Below, piece by piece: positions 28,532-42,407 of a stretch of DNA of 64,000 nucleotides. The stretch comes from Octopus sinensis (taxonomy: Eukaryota): assembly GCF_006345805.1 (NCBI RefSeq), contig NC_042999.1:115940001-116004000 (forward strand), read 5' to 3'. The stretch's first letter is position 1, and each line of letters starts with the position of its first letter. The notes under the pieces were generated by a model. It did not search any database. It worked only from the letters and a program-made list of their open reading frames with translations, and was not told the origin of the DNA. A program made the position numbers and the translations under genes.

Positions 28532-30665
28532 GTGTATATTTGTATATATCTATCCATAGGTATGTCTCCCTTTTTCCATACATACATAACTACATGCATA
28601 CATACATACATACACACATACATACATACATACATACATACATACATACATACATACATACATACATACATACATACATACATACGTATCAGCTATTAGT
28701 AAGTCACCCTGTTGTATTACGATTATATAAATTTGTTTCTGATGGCTAGAAACCTACTTCTTGCTCGCCAAACTAACTCACGAAATGTACAATATACGTA
28801 GAAAAATTAATATAATATAAATTAATATTCATTCTTGGCAAATTTGATATTTTGTCTTTCCTTCTAGTTTTACATTTTTGACAAGTCATATGTTCTGTTT
28901 TATTCTACGTTTAGAATTTTTATATTTCTAGAAAATTTTAAATGCGTCTTATCTGCTATTATATAATATTTCGCCTTAAAGCTTGAATCAGAGAATTTTA
29001 TATATTTACGAAGCATTACGAAACGGAGAAAAATAAGAAAGATAAGCATTATTATAAGGAGTGTATGTGTAAATGTAAATAACAAAATCATATTGATTTT
29101 TTAAAAAAATGTTATTATTAGAAATAATAAAGGTGTGGATTGGCAGAATCGTTAGCATGCCGGACAAAATGCTTAGCGGCATGTCTTCCGGTTTTACGTT
29201 CTGAGTCAGATTCTGCTAAGATCGATTTTGCTTTTCATTCTTTCGGAATTGATAAAATTGAGCATTAGGGGGTGGCGATGCAATTGGCTATTCCCCTCCC
29301 CCAAAACTGCAGGCCTTGTGCCTATAGTAGAAGAATTATTAGAACTGATGTGTCACTAGAAATTCGATCTTCGAATTTAGATATTCGCATATCTAATCAT
29401 AAATATATCTTAATTCTTTTCTAGACGATCTCTTAAGTTTAGACGTCATAGGGTAAAACCAAATGAAATCCTTGGTATACAAAAAAAAAACGGAAAAGGA
29501 AAAAGTGCCAGATTGTCACAGCTAGAAGGTTTTAAATCACACTTCTACTCGTTCAAGGCTAATCTGGGCTAAACACCAACATCAACCAAATTCTTTCCCA
29601 GTTAAATACAATATCTTTATGAGAAGCACCAACCAAGAAGTACAACCTAGAAAACAATCTAAAATGTAAAAATATCAATGAAAACCTAATAGTTCTAAAA
29701 CATCGGTATCGATCGATTCGAATGAATCGTCTATTTCTTTTGGCGATTGGCTACTTCGATTCCACATCTTTGGTAAGTGATTTCCTAAGCTTAGTGATAA
29801 GAAATAATGATACGTTTGCCTAGTACTAAAACTACTTATTAAAGAACATTTCCACCCCACCCTTTTATTGTATTGCAATTGCTCCAGATGGGTCAGTTTA
29901 AACATGAATGGGGAACCTATTTAATAAATGCAGTTTCTATTTTCTTGTGAAGAAATAATGGCTAAATATCTGAAATAAATACAATATAATTACCGCAATG
30001 AAGTTTACATTTAACAAGCTGTTTGTCCAAGCACATGCTTGATTGCGCAATTTACTCAGATATAAAAGTTTACAATTATGTATCTTCATCGTTCATTAAT
30101 TGCAGTGCGAAATGTGCCTATTACACAGTATATGCATATTCCGTGTGTTGGAGAATATAGCAGAAAAATGGTCATTAACAATCGCTCTGTTCGTAAGTTT
30201 ACATGAATTTTGTTGTGTACTTCTGAAAATCAGACCCATCACCACCACAACGAAAGCCACCACTACAATTCTCTGTGAAATAATTAAATGCTGTACGCAG
30301 TATACATGAATGAGATAAATTATATTGCAGATAATAATTTTCTTATCCAGAAAATGTATTTTGCATTTTATTCTCTTTTTTCTCAATTTTATACTTAGTT
30401 TGTCTAAAATTTTGTATTTCGTTTATCACATTAAGTTTTGAAGTTCTCTCATCTTAAATGCATTTAAAAAAAACACTTTTACTTTAAATCTAATTTACAA
30501 TATTCGCCATCTTTTCATTTTCGTTAATGCACCATAACAAAAGTTGAACGCTGTGACATTCACTTCTTGGCCAAGAATTTCAACGAGGAATCAAATAGGA
30601 ATCGCGGGTTCGATTGTCGGAGCTTCACAGATACTGTCCGCTTTGATGCTGATAATTCGGTATCT

Positions 30666-31343
30666 GGGATATTTATTTACCTTTTGACCTACAGATTTAA
30701 AAAATGATTTTTTTGTAGCTAAACACTTTCAAACTTCGGACACTGGTAGAATGTGTCATATAAAACATGTTTTACTCTTAGCATTTTTGAGAATAACTTA
30801 TTTTTATGAAGTTATTTCACCTTAAAGTTCTCGTATTCGGTAATTTCAACCAATCAATGACGTGTATTCAGCTGAATAAAATTACTGTTGTTATTTGTCA
30901 ACAACAACTATCGGGGATGTATATTTCATTTGTCACTGTTATTTATGACATAGGGTTTTAGGGTTAGGGTTAGGGTTTTAGGGTTAGGGTTAGGGCTTTA
31001 GGGCTAGGGTTTTAGGGTTAAGGTTTTAGGGTTAGGGTTTTAGGGTTAGGGTTTAGGGTTAGGGTTGTCATAAATAACAGTGACGAACGAAATATACACC
31101 GCCGGAAGTTCTTGTTGACAAACAACAGCAGTAATTTTATTCAGCTGAATACACGTCATTGACTGGTTGAAATTACCGAAATACGAGAACTTTAAGTTGA
31201 AATAACTTCGTAAAGATAAGTTTTTCTCAAAAATGCTAAGAGTAAAACATGTTTTATATGACACATTTTACCAGTGTCCGAAGTTTGAAAGTATTTAGTT
31301 ACAAAAATTTTTTTAAAATTTTTAGGTCAAAAGGTACAGATCC
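30666..31343. mobile_element. Fold-back MITE with ~270-bp TIRs enclosing telomeric repeats
   Basis: 30678-30950 is the inverse of 31066-31336; GG...CC ends; GGTATCT duplicated at 30659-30665 and 31344-31350. Confidence 0.85.
30951..31065 (+). repeat. Interstitial telomeric repeat (TTAGGG/TTTTAGGG)n
   Basis: Directly visible. Confidence 0.95.
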
Positions 31344-31429
31344 GGTATCTATTTTATGAATACATTTCCCAGCGAAGGTACTGTAGTAAACAACAACAAC
31401 GACGACGACGACAATCACAACAACAATAA

Positions 31430-31620
31430 CAAACTTTTCTACTATAGGCACAAGGCCTAAAATTTGTGGGAGGGGGCTAGTCAATTACTTCGACCCAAGT
31501 ACTCTAACTGGTACTTAATTTATCGGCCTCAGCCGTATTTGAACTCAGAACGTGCAGACGAACGAAATACCGCTAAGAATTTCGCCCGGCGTGCTAACGA
31601 TTCTGCCAGCACGCAGCCTT

Positions 31621-31671
<51 letters not shown>

Positions 31672-31719
31672 GTGATGATGATGATGAGGATGATGAAGAT
31701 GATGATGATGATGATGATG

Positions 31720-31758
<39 letters not shown>

Positions 31759-31785
31759 GTGATGATGATGATGATGATGATGATA

Positions 31786-31852
<67 letters not shown>

Positions 31853-32465
31853 TACAAACCTCCGGTAGACAATATCTTCAGTCAACAAACTTACTATATT
31901 GTATACTGTGCGACGTCTATAACAATAATAATAATGATAAGGGTGTCAAATTTTTGGTACAAAACCAGCAAACTTAGGGGTAGTGTAAGTCGATTACGTC
32001 GATCCCAGAGCACAACTAATACTTATTTTATCGATCCCGAAAGGATGAAAGACAATGCTGACTTCAGTGAAATTTGAACTCAGGACGTAAAGACAGAAGA
32101 AATGCTGTTAAACATTTTATATAGCGTACTGATATTTTAGGAACAAGGCCGGCAATTTTGAGGGAAGGGATTTAGTTGATTACATCGACCCAGTTGTTGA
32201 CTGGTACTTTGTTTGTTTGTTTTTTTTATCCTAGGAGAAAGGTAAAGTTAATTTCGATTGGATTTGAACACTGAACAAGAAGACCCAGCAGAAATATCGA
32301 CTTGTCGGACGCTCTAATAATTCTGTCAATTCACCGTTTTAAATTGTTTCATATTATATCGATCCGGAAGGATAAAAGGCAAGGTTAATCCCGGAAGGAT
32401 TCGAACTCGGTTTCTAAAAAGCCAGAACAAATACTTCGTTGACATTTTGTCCAATATCCCCGCCC
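31430..32465 (-). mobile_element. Cluster of SINE family B copies separated by (AAT)n/(GAT)n
   Basis: Repeated SINE B modules in the same orientation. Confidence 0.7.
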
Positions 32466-32467
32466 CC

Positions 32468-32468
<1 letters not shown>

Positions 32469-32513
<45 letters not shown>

Positions 32514-32557
32514 TAATAATAATGATAATAATAATGATGATAATAATGATAATAATA

Positions 32558-32604
<47 letters not shown>

Positions 32605-32644
32605 GGTGGTTTGGTGGTGGTGGTGGTGGTGGTGGTGGCGGCGG

Positions 32645-32677
<33 letters not shown>

Positions 32678-32734
32678 TGGTGATGGTGGTGGTGGTGGTG
32701 GATTGGTGGTGGTGGTGGTAGTGGTGGTGGTGGT

Positions 32735-32766
<32 letters not shown>

Positions 32767-32855
32767 TGGTGGTGGTGGTGATGGTGGTGGTGGTGGTGGT
32801 TTGGTGGTGGTGGTGGTGGTGGTGGTGGTGATGATGATGATGATGATGATGATGA
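32469..32855. repeat. Compound trinucleotide microsatellite AAT/GAT/GGT/GGC
   Basis: Directly visible. Confidence 0.95.
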
Positions 32856-35531
32856 TATAGGAATAAATATAAGATTGTGTTTCAAATAGCAAATATGATT
32901 CTGCTATGTACACGTATGATGCAAATATTCTATTATTTATATAAATCCTCGGGACAGACGTTAAATTTGCCAATGCATTTAAACATGGTTTGATCTTTAG
33001 AGAACCATATTTGACAAAAGAGAAATTATTTTCAGACTATTAGTCTGCGTTTGCGAAAATACAAAGCAGCAACATAATCGAAACATGAAAAGAAATCATT
33101 CGCCTCTATAACAACAGGAATGCAAGTGTTAAATGCTTCGTGAAAATCCTTGCAAATCGTTTGGCGTCCGCTGGAAATAGCATTTGGTTCAGTTTCTGCA
33201 TTTTTGATTAGGCCTTCTAACAGTGGGCGAGGAAAGAACCAAAGAGTTGTTGGGTACTTCAGTCCAGTTAAACGTAGAAGTATGGTAAATTACACAACAT
33301 AATGTTATGTCTCGCTGGTTTAAAAGATCATTGTCAATATGTCACTTAAAAGTGATTGTTTAGTATGAATCACTTTACATGAACTGATATGACTTGAAAC
33401 TCTCGAGTCACGCTTCACCTACAACTAACTGGTTACAAGCAATTTATATATTTCTTCTGTATACGTCTTCATTGTGGTGAGACGACTTTTGTTCAATTTT
33501 AAACCCTCTTATTTATCTTCGAACAATACTATATGGTAAGAAGCTTTCAAATATTAGTTCAAAAATATTGACGTTTCGTCTGCTGCCGTACCGAGATTTT
33601 ATATTTATATTTAGTTTCAAAACATTGTGATTTTATATTTAAGTTAATTTTCACTTCACTGAGAGTTTGTTATTTTAGATTAAGTTGCTATTTTTACATT
33701 GCATTGTGTTGCATTAATACTAATGTCGTGATAACGCAAATTTAGATCAATTTGTTAGATTTGTATTGTCGTGATTTCTAGTTAAAAGCTAAATGCAATT
33801 ATAAGAAAAGTTTTTCCTTGTCAGTGGAGGCAATTGAAGACACTCGCAGCATTACTGCAAATGACTACGAAACTAAAACATTGGGACAGCTATATACACT
33901 CCACGGTCGTCATGTGACTCTGTATTCAGACAAGATACCATAGAAATCAAGCACTTCGTGATTAACAGTCCAGCTCCTTCAAATTTCTCAAATGCTGCAA
34001 TTTAACTGCAATTCGTGACAGCTTATGGTTTTAGATTAAATTTTACATAACCACATTTCCTTGATACAAGTACCACAAACCATGATTTTAGATTAAGCTG
34101 CTATTTTAGAATTACTGTCAATGAGATCAGAAGTGTAAACTTGCAGCCTTCTAAGGGTCTAAATGGGGTTTTCTGAAAGGGGTAAAATTATTATACTGGA
34201 AAATATTTTCGTTGCTTAAATGAGATTCAAAGCCTATATTTTCAGCTAATTCTGAGTTTTAGAAACAATCATATTTCTTAATCTATACTTGTAATTACAT
34301 TCGAAAAATGTGAATGTGAACTGCAGCCAAGCACAAGCATTGATTTATCACTACATATGTCTTTTAGACACTGCCGTAGGTATTTTTATATTTAATCACT
34401 CTTAGCCACGAGAAAAAAATTGTAGTTTGTTAAACTGTTTACACATTTTTAGAATTTATATGAACAAGTATTTTTTACGGAACAAATGTCTTTTCGCAGT
34501 ATAAAATATTTATAATGCTACTTTGACACAACAAAGTTAACATAGAAAGGTTTGTTGCTTCTGTTTTAGATAATAATGATACAAGTATCATGATACTATA
34601 ATTTCCTATTTAGTTGTTATTATTATATTGCAGCAACTTTAGATAATAACGTCAGGATACAACGATTTTTACATTGCTGTGATATGTCATACGAAACGTC
34701 AAACGGTCAACAACTTCGTGGTTGGCAGCCCATATTGTGGTTATCATTTCAGATGATAAGGATACTAGCGTAGCGTTACAGAGATTGCACAATCAGGAGA
34801 ATAAAAAGTAATTAAGATCAATAAAACATTAATTCTAACATTGCATAGTAAAAAATCATCGAGCCAATATATTAGAGCAAAACAGGAACTCATTTAAAAA
34901 AGAAATGATTGATAGATTCACATAAACACATTAAAAATGTGAAAGACAGATGTAGACAAGATCCAAGACGTGTGGAGTTATTAATTCATAATAGCTCTTT
35001 TATGATGCGGGAAACATAAAACATTTATAATAATGCATTCACTATTTCTTTTGCAACTCATTTTTTTATATCGTAATTTTTATGACTTAAGGTCACAAGA
35101 ACATGCGATAAATTCTCCAGTTTTCATTCAAGAAAGCCCGTGGACATTTTGCTCACAAATATTAATTTTCCTATAAATAAGACAGTTCTTATCATGTGTG
35201 TGATTAATTTAAAGAACCCTTGTAAAAAATCTTGATTTTTTTTTTTGCGACTACTCGCGTCTTCACTTACTTATGCACTCAGACACATAGACACACCACA
35301 TACATATGTACAAACGAACACGCACAAACATGCAGACAAACACACACGCACAAACACACACGCACAAACTGCACACATACACACACACAAACATACATAC
35401 ATATATGACAAGTGTATGTTTATTTATACTATATATAACTATACATATATACATACACATGTATGTCAGAGTATGCATGTGTATGTATAAATATATATAT
35501 ATATATATATATGCATGTATGTATGTATATG

Positions 35532-35566
<35 letters not shown>

Positions 35567-35678
35567 ATTAAAAGTAAGGATTACTCCGAAGTAGCAATAG
35601 CATTACCTTTAATTGTAATATTTGTGAGTAAATCTGGTAATCGTTTTGGAGTAATCCCTTACCTTTTACCAATACACA

Positions 35679-35726
<48 letters not shown>

Positions 35727-35744
35727 ATATATATATATATATAT

Positions 35745-35865
35745 ACGCTTTGAGTTCAAATTCCGCCGAGGTTGACGTTGCTTTTTATCCTTTCGGGGTC
35801 GATAAATTAAGTACCGGTTGAGTACTGGGTTGATTTAATCAACTATCCCCCTCCCACCAATTTCA

Positions 35866-35945
<80 letters not shown>

Positions 35946-35947
35946 CA

Positions 35948-35981
<34 letters not shown>

Positions 35982-36031
35982 CATTATTATTATTATTATT
36001 ATTATCATTATCATCATCCTCATCATCATCA

Positions 36032-36087
<56 letters not shown>

Positions 36088-37025
36088 AAGGCGGCGAGCT
36101 GGCAGTATTGTTAGTGTGTCTGACGGAATGCTTAGCGGTATTTCGCCTGTTGCTATGTTCTGTGTTCAAATTCTGCCGAGGTCGACTGTGCCTTTTATCC
36201 TTTCGGGGTCAATAAATTAAGTACCAGTGAAACACTGGGGTCGATATAATCGACTAGTCCCCTCCCACCAAATTTGAGGCCTTGTGCCTCCAGTAGAAAG
36301 GATTATTATTATTATTATAGTAATCCCTCGTCTATCGCCGGTGTTACGTTCCAAAACACCACAATAGATGAAAATCTGCGAAGTAGAAACAGTACTGTAC
36401 TGTATATTCTTTAAAATTATTTTTATAATTTATATATATTTATTTTATTAAAAATGCAGAACAACACCACACACTCGCCTCCCGAGTTTCGTTTTCCATA
36501 CGTTATGTGCGATTGTTCGTTTACTCATCTACTATACACAACGTATTTTTTTTAATGTATTTTTATTAATGTATCATACAGTACTGTACTGTCTTTTTAT
36601 TTATCTATTTATTAATTTTTAGGCGTGAAAATGCTTATTATACAATATAAATAATTGAAATCTAAAAATATTATAAATGCCTATCGGCCGCAGAAACTTG
36701 CGATACTGTGCAGACTGCGATATAAATTTATATATATTATCCAGAAAAACCCGCGATGTACTGAGGACGCGATAACTGAATCACGATATGGTGAATGATT
36801 ACTGTATTATGAAGATGGCTATCTGACAGAATCGTTAACACGCTGGACGAAATGCTAAGCTGTATTTCACCCGTCGTTCCGTTTTTTGATCAAATTCCTC
36901 CGCGGTCGACTTCGCCTTTCATCCCTTTCAGAGTCGATGAAATAAGTACCAGTTGAGTACTGGGGTCGATGTAATCGACTATCCCCTCCCCCAAATTTCA
37001 GGCCTTGCGTCTATAGTAGAAAGGA
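35745..37025 (+). mobile_element. Cluster of SINE family B (best copy 36090-36300) with (ATT)n tails
   Basis: GGCGGCGAGCTGGCAG head, GTTCAAATTC B-box-like motif, GGTCGAC-GCCTTT-ATCCTTTCGGGGTC body. Confidence 0.8.
36318..36804. mobile_element. Tigger/pogo-type MITE, copy 2
   Basis: TAGTAATCCCTCG...GATTACTG+TA; homologous to 7016-7485. Confidence 0.75.
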
Positions 37026-37481
37026 TGAGAGAGCAGTGCATGCCATCAATTTACCGGGGTAAAATATACGAACCCCAGTATACCAATCATGACTTCTCGT
37101 CTGAGAAGGTACACCAGGCACGTGCATTACAACCACATGTGCTCGATATTGTGATCTCAAAATGTCCCTAAATAAGGGTTGTTTAAAGATGTTGAACGAA
37201 ACACCCATATTTCCAAAGGTGAATTATCCAAACGCTAAAGAATTACTTTCAACACATGGCCATAATGCTTCCCCACTTCTGCTCGTGATCAGAGGTGCAC
37301 ATATCGTCAGTCACCAAGGGACATGCTCAACTAGTTGAGGTCAAGCAACTGATAAGTAAATCTGTGGTATTGAGCAGAATATTTGTTGTAGCCCATCTTT
37401 TATACCAAGACAAAACAATGTATGTATCAACACTTCCAATCAGTTAAGATCAGAAGACATGAGAGCCACTATTTGATATTG

Positions 37482-37526
<45 letters not shown>

Positions 37527-37534
37527 TACTACAA

Positions 37535-38015
37535 TTAGCAGAAAAACCGCCCGGAGGGCGGTTTTATGCCGGCATATGTGTTGCGCATATTGATATTATA
37601 TATATACATATAGATATGATACATAAATTATAGAGTAAATTGAAAACATGCTCTTGAATTGAACAAAGACTGTTAGAGTTTATTCTGTAATCAGTAAAAT
37701 AATCCATGATACACTTAAAAAAGACGATAATGAAAATTGAAAAAGAGATGAGACTGTCAAGGGAAAATTTTCATGAACCTTCACTTGAGTGAAATTGAAA
37801 ATAGATGCTCTGGTGGGAATTAATAAATTACATTTTCCAGTATGAAGATTTTCAGTTTACTATATTGTTGTTTCATTATATTCACTTTTAGACGTCTGAA
37901 GTATTTCTAGTGTCCCTTTCCTAGCTATTAAAAAGAGAGTAACGAATGTCTCACATCACTGTAGAATTTTTTTTTTGCGGACACAGCTGTCAACAGATGG
38001 ACCCTTTTTATTTAT
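37535..38015 (-). mobile_element. Probable non-autonomous Helitron
   Basis: Minus strand ends with hairpin AAAACCGCCC-TCC-GGGCGGTTTT then CTG-CTAA|T (CTRR); 5' boundary uncertain. Confidence 0.5.
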
Positions 38016-38524
38016 CGCGGTTAATATTTTAATATTTTCTTATCTTGACGCTCTTGATAATGCAACATACATCTGACCATGTGCGAAGAATTCTGCTGGG
38101 AGATGATATTATTGATTAAATAATTTCAAGGTGGTATCCCAGTATGACTGCAGTCTAACGTAATTTGAAAACTTAATTCTGTTAGATAGGGATTCTTGTT
38201 TTTACACTAAGTAATATTTTTAAAAATAATTTACTCCTTTTGTTGTTTTTTGCTTTGTTTTATTACATTTTTTACGAACGCAAAGAAAAGCTATTTCTTT
38301 ACATATGGAATTCAAACGGAAGTTGACATTTAAAAGAGAGGCGAATCTTGTAATATTAAGCATTGTTATTTATGTTTAATATACAAATAAACTTTATAGT
38401 TTAAAAAATGTTTAATATTCATTTATAGTTTCTTCAAAGTAATAAGACTTTTTTTTAATAACGTGGAGAGAAAAAATAAACTGGACTCAGTCCAGCACTT
38501 CTTCAATTATTATAATATAGATTA

Positions 38525-38940
38525 TGAAGGTGGTGATCTGACAGAATCGTTAGCACGCCGGACAAAATGCTTATCAGCATTTCGTCTGTCTTTACGTTCT
38601 GAGTTGAAACTTTCGAGATCGATAAAATAAGTATCAGTTGAGCACTGGTGTTGATGTAATCGACTAGCTTCCTCCAATAATATTTCAAGTCTTGTGCCTA
38701 TAAGAGAAAGGATTATTATTACGATAAAAAAAGGTTCGAGTTGGAAGAATCTTTAGAAAGTGGAAAAAGTGATTTGCGGTATTTGTTCCGACACTTTACA
38801 TTCTAGGTTCAAATTCTGCCGAGTTCAACTTTGCCTTTCATCCTTTCGGAGTCGATAAAATAGGTATCAGTTGGATCCTGTAGTTGTGGTAACTGACTTG
38901 CCCTCTCCCACGAAATTACTGGCCTTGTACCAAAATTTGA

Positions 38941-38997
<57 letters not shown>

Positions 38998-39013
38998 CAC
39001 TATTATTATTATC

Positions 39014-39072
<59 letters not shown>

Positions 39073-39510
39073 GAAAAATGGTAAGGCGGCGAGCTGGTAA
39101 AACCATCAACATGCCGGGCAAAATGATTAGAAGCATTTGTCTTTCTTGTTCTAAGTTCAAATTTTACCAAGGTCGACTTTGCCTTTCATCCTTTAGGGGT
39201 CAATAAAGTAAGTTCTGCTCTGGGACTGATGTAATCGACTTACCCCCTCCCCAAACTTGCTGGCCTTGTGCCAAAATTTTAAATCATTAATATGAAAGAT
39301 GGCAAGTTTGCAGACCCGTTAACGAGTCAGAAAAATACTTGGCAGTATTTCTTCTGGTTCTATACGTTCCGAGTTCAAATCCCGTCGAGACCGACTATAC
39401 TTTTTATCTTCTCGTAGTCAATAAAATAAAGTACCAGTTGAACACAGGGGTCGATGCAATCGTCTAACCCTATCCCGAGTTGCTGGCCTTGCGCCGAAAA
39501 TTGAAACATT
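38525..39510 (+). mobile_element. Head-to-tail cluster (~4 copies) of SINE family B
   Basis: Repeated modules joined by ATT-rich tails. Confidence 0.75.
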
Positions 39511-40055
39511 ATTATTTGAAAATATCCTATGTATGATAAATGTTTCCTCGTTCAATATTATTCCTTGGAAATATGAAATTATCGATTTGTTTGATGCTTT
39601 TTTTTACACTCCAAGAAAAAGAAGGAAGTGAGAAGAAAGCATTTAGAAAAAGGATGACGTGAGCTGAAATGTCTGAAGACAGAAAGGATAATCCTAAAAA
39701 AAAGGACAAAAAAGAGAGAAAAATAGAAAGCAGAATCTAGAGAAGTAAAGGAGAATTAAAGAATAATAGGTGACAAATACGAGAGATAGCGTTGCACTTG
39801 GTTAAACTTCATAAATTCAGCTGAAGGGTTGCAGGTAAACACATATAAAGCAAAAAATATTTCGATTCTTCAATCTGTTTTATTTTAATGATGGCGAGAA
39901 AATCTATTCCGTGTTCAGCTACATAGTAGTAATAATGATTAAAATTCAAACGTAGTATTGTTGTATTTAATCTATTTATCGTTATTTCGTAGTTAATAAA
40001 GATCATAAAATTCCAATCACATAAATTACAATTATATATATATATATAATATATA

Positions 40056-40100
<45 letters not shown>

Positions 40101-40181
40101 TACATAAATATATATATACGCATGTATATATATATATATATATATGTGTGTGTATGTGTGTGTGTGTATACATGTATGTAC

Positions 40182-40217
<36 letters not shown>

Positions 40218-40692
40218 GTATACACACATATATATCTATATACATCTATGTACATATATGCACACACACACGTACATACATACATACATACATACATACA
40301 TACATACATACATACATACATACATACATACATAAATACATACATACATAACTGTAGATTCATACTCAATCTATTTGTATATTTCCTAGTTAATAAATAT
40401 CATCGAATTCTTGTCATAAATTTCGAAATTCGTTTGTTTTTTTGTTTTGTTTTTTCGATATTTATGAAATGCGAAATAGATTAAATACGATTCTAGAGCT
40501 GAATCTTAATTATTAAGGCCACAATGTTACTGAAAATAAAATAGATTTTCTGTTGCTTACTAAAACAAAACTGGTGGATCAATCTCGATGATGCTTGCAG
40601 AAAGTGAGAGTGCCAATTACCTTTTATCATAATAATTAGCTCAATGGAATGTTAATTTGCGAGCGCAATGGCGTTCATCTGTCTCACCTTAA

Positions 40693-41083
40693 TCTATATA
40701 TATAAAGCTGAAGTTGTCTGTGCATGGCAGGTTTGGTAGCCTTCAACTAACACTATCTCCTCCGAGACCCTGCGGCACAACTTGACCAAAATTGAGAGTA
40801 TGATAGAAGAAGGCTTGCTCTTCATTCCCTAGAAGCTAAAATTCAAATCGGGCCATGTTAACACCAAAAATTATTTACATCAAAAAGGTGCTTTTTTTCT
40901 ATGAAAATCCCTATTTCTTACGACTTTTTGACTGCTGTGTCGCCATTTTTCGGTGTATTTCAACCAGAAAAATGTTCACTTAAAGAGAATAACAAGCTAC
41001 ATGATGCAAAAATTTTTACTTTTCAAAAATTCTAATTCTAAAGGGTCGAAACAAACCCGAGCAACGCCGGATGATACTACTAG
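40693..41083 (+). mobile_element. Non-autonomous Helitron
   Basis: A|TCTATATATATAAA 5' end; subterminal hairpin CCCGAGCAACGCCGG; CTAG|T 3' end; no TSD. Confidence 0.85.
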
Positions 41084-41637
41084 TAAATGATACATACATA
41101 TATAACACAAACACCATGGATTAGAAATGCAATCTAGAATTAAGAGAAAAAACTTGAATGCGAAGAATTTTTCCGTAATCATTTTGATTCATGTTTAAAG
41201 GTATTTTCTTAAAATAAATATATGTATATCATTTCAAATGTATTGAGTTCTTTTTGAAAAATGAATTGTGCATTACTTAATCATACACCTATACCTTTTA
41301 CCTTTTACTTGTTTCAGCGGTCATGCTGGAGCATCACCTTGAAGAGCTTTTTGTCGAATGAATCGGCGCGGTACATTTTTTACGCTTGATACTTATAATA
41401 TAAGTATCTTTTACCGAACCGCTAAGTTGCGGTGGCGTAAACACACCAACATCGGTCGTCAAGTGGTGGGTGGGTGGATGTACAGAGACACACATAAATA
41501 TATAAATCAGAGGTGCGATCTATGTGGGTGTCTTTTCAGAACATTGTCTGGTATAAAAAGCCGCATCAACCGCCATGATGGTGCTAAGGTGTAGGTACAG
41601 GAGGTGATCAAACTCTGTATAAGGAGTAGACAACCAC

Positions 41638-41675
<38 letters not shown>

Positions 41676-41902
41676 ATTAATCAATATAGGGTGGCAAAAA
41701 AAATTTTGTAGAATTCTCTTTGCCACCAGCGGCCTAGTGGGAAAAAATTAAATAGTCATAGACCATTTTTAAGTTCAACATCAACAATCAAGGAACGGCC
41801 ATGATAGGCCATTCACCCACTAGAAATAACAGCCAAAGCTTCAACCGCAAATAAAGATTAATTCCGTAAACAGGAGAAAATTTAAAAAACATTTACCCTG
41901 TA

Positions 41903-42009
41903 ATTTCTTGTACGATGCACCGTTTCATCTGCTGTTTAATGGTAAACTAACCTGATTAAATTAAATCAAGCCTATCTTCCATAGGCCCTCAGATTCTTCA
42001 GCAAGAAAT
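41903..42009 (-). ncRNA. Mirror copy of the same hammerhead ribozyme
   Basis: Reverse complement of 42133-42239. Confidence 0.8.
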
Positions 42010-42132
42010 AGCCAAGTCGGAACAGATATTTTCACGAGGCATTTCCGACCCTGCCAAGGTAATATCTGACCTAAAATTTTCAAATCGTCGCACTCGGAAA
42101 TGCCTCGTGAAAATATCTGTTCCGACTTGGCT

Positions 42133-42239
42133 ATTTCTTGCTGAAGAATCTGAGGGCCTATGGAAGATTGGCTTGATTTAATTTAATCAGGTTAGTTTAC
42201 CATTAAACAGCAGATGAAACGGTGCATCGTACAAGAAAT
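42133..42239 (+). ncRNA. Type I hammerhead ribozyme with long stem II insertion
   Basis: ATTTCTTG-CTGAAGA-ATCTG...CAGAT-GAAAC-GGTGCATC-GTA-CAAGAAAT: all three stems and canonical core. Confidence 0.8.
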
Positions 42240-42358
42240 TACAGGGTAAATGTTTTTTAAATTTTCTCCTGTTTACGGAATTAATCTTTATTTGCGGTTG
42301 AAGCTTTGGCTGTTATTTCTAGTGGGTGAATGGCCTATCATGGCCGTTCCTTGATTGT

Positions 42359-42407
<49 letters not shown>

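Larger units (their letters stand above)
41778..42364. repeat. Fold-back A: 271-bp inverted arms, 45-bp spacer (PLE-like end)
   Basis: 41778-42048 vs 42094-42364, one mismatch seen. Confidence 0.95.

Noticed and set aside
30951-31065. True telomere or chromosome fusion site
   Set aside because: Short, single orientation, and enclosed by TIRs with a TSD
32326-32973. 215-aa Pro/His-rich ORF
   Set aside because: A stop-free trinucleotide repeat frame
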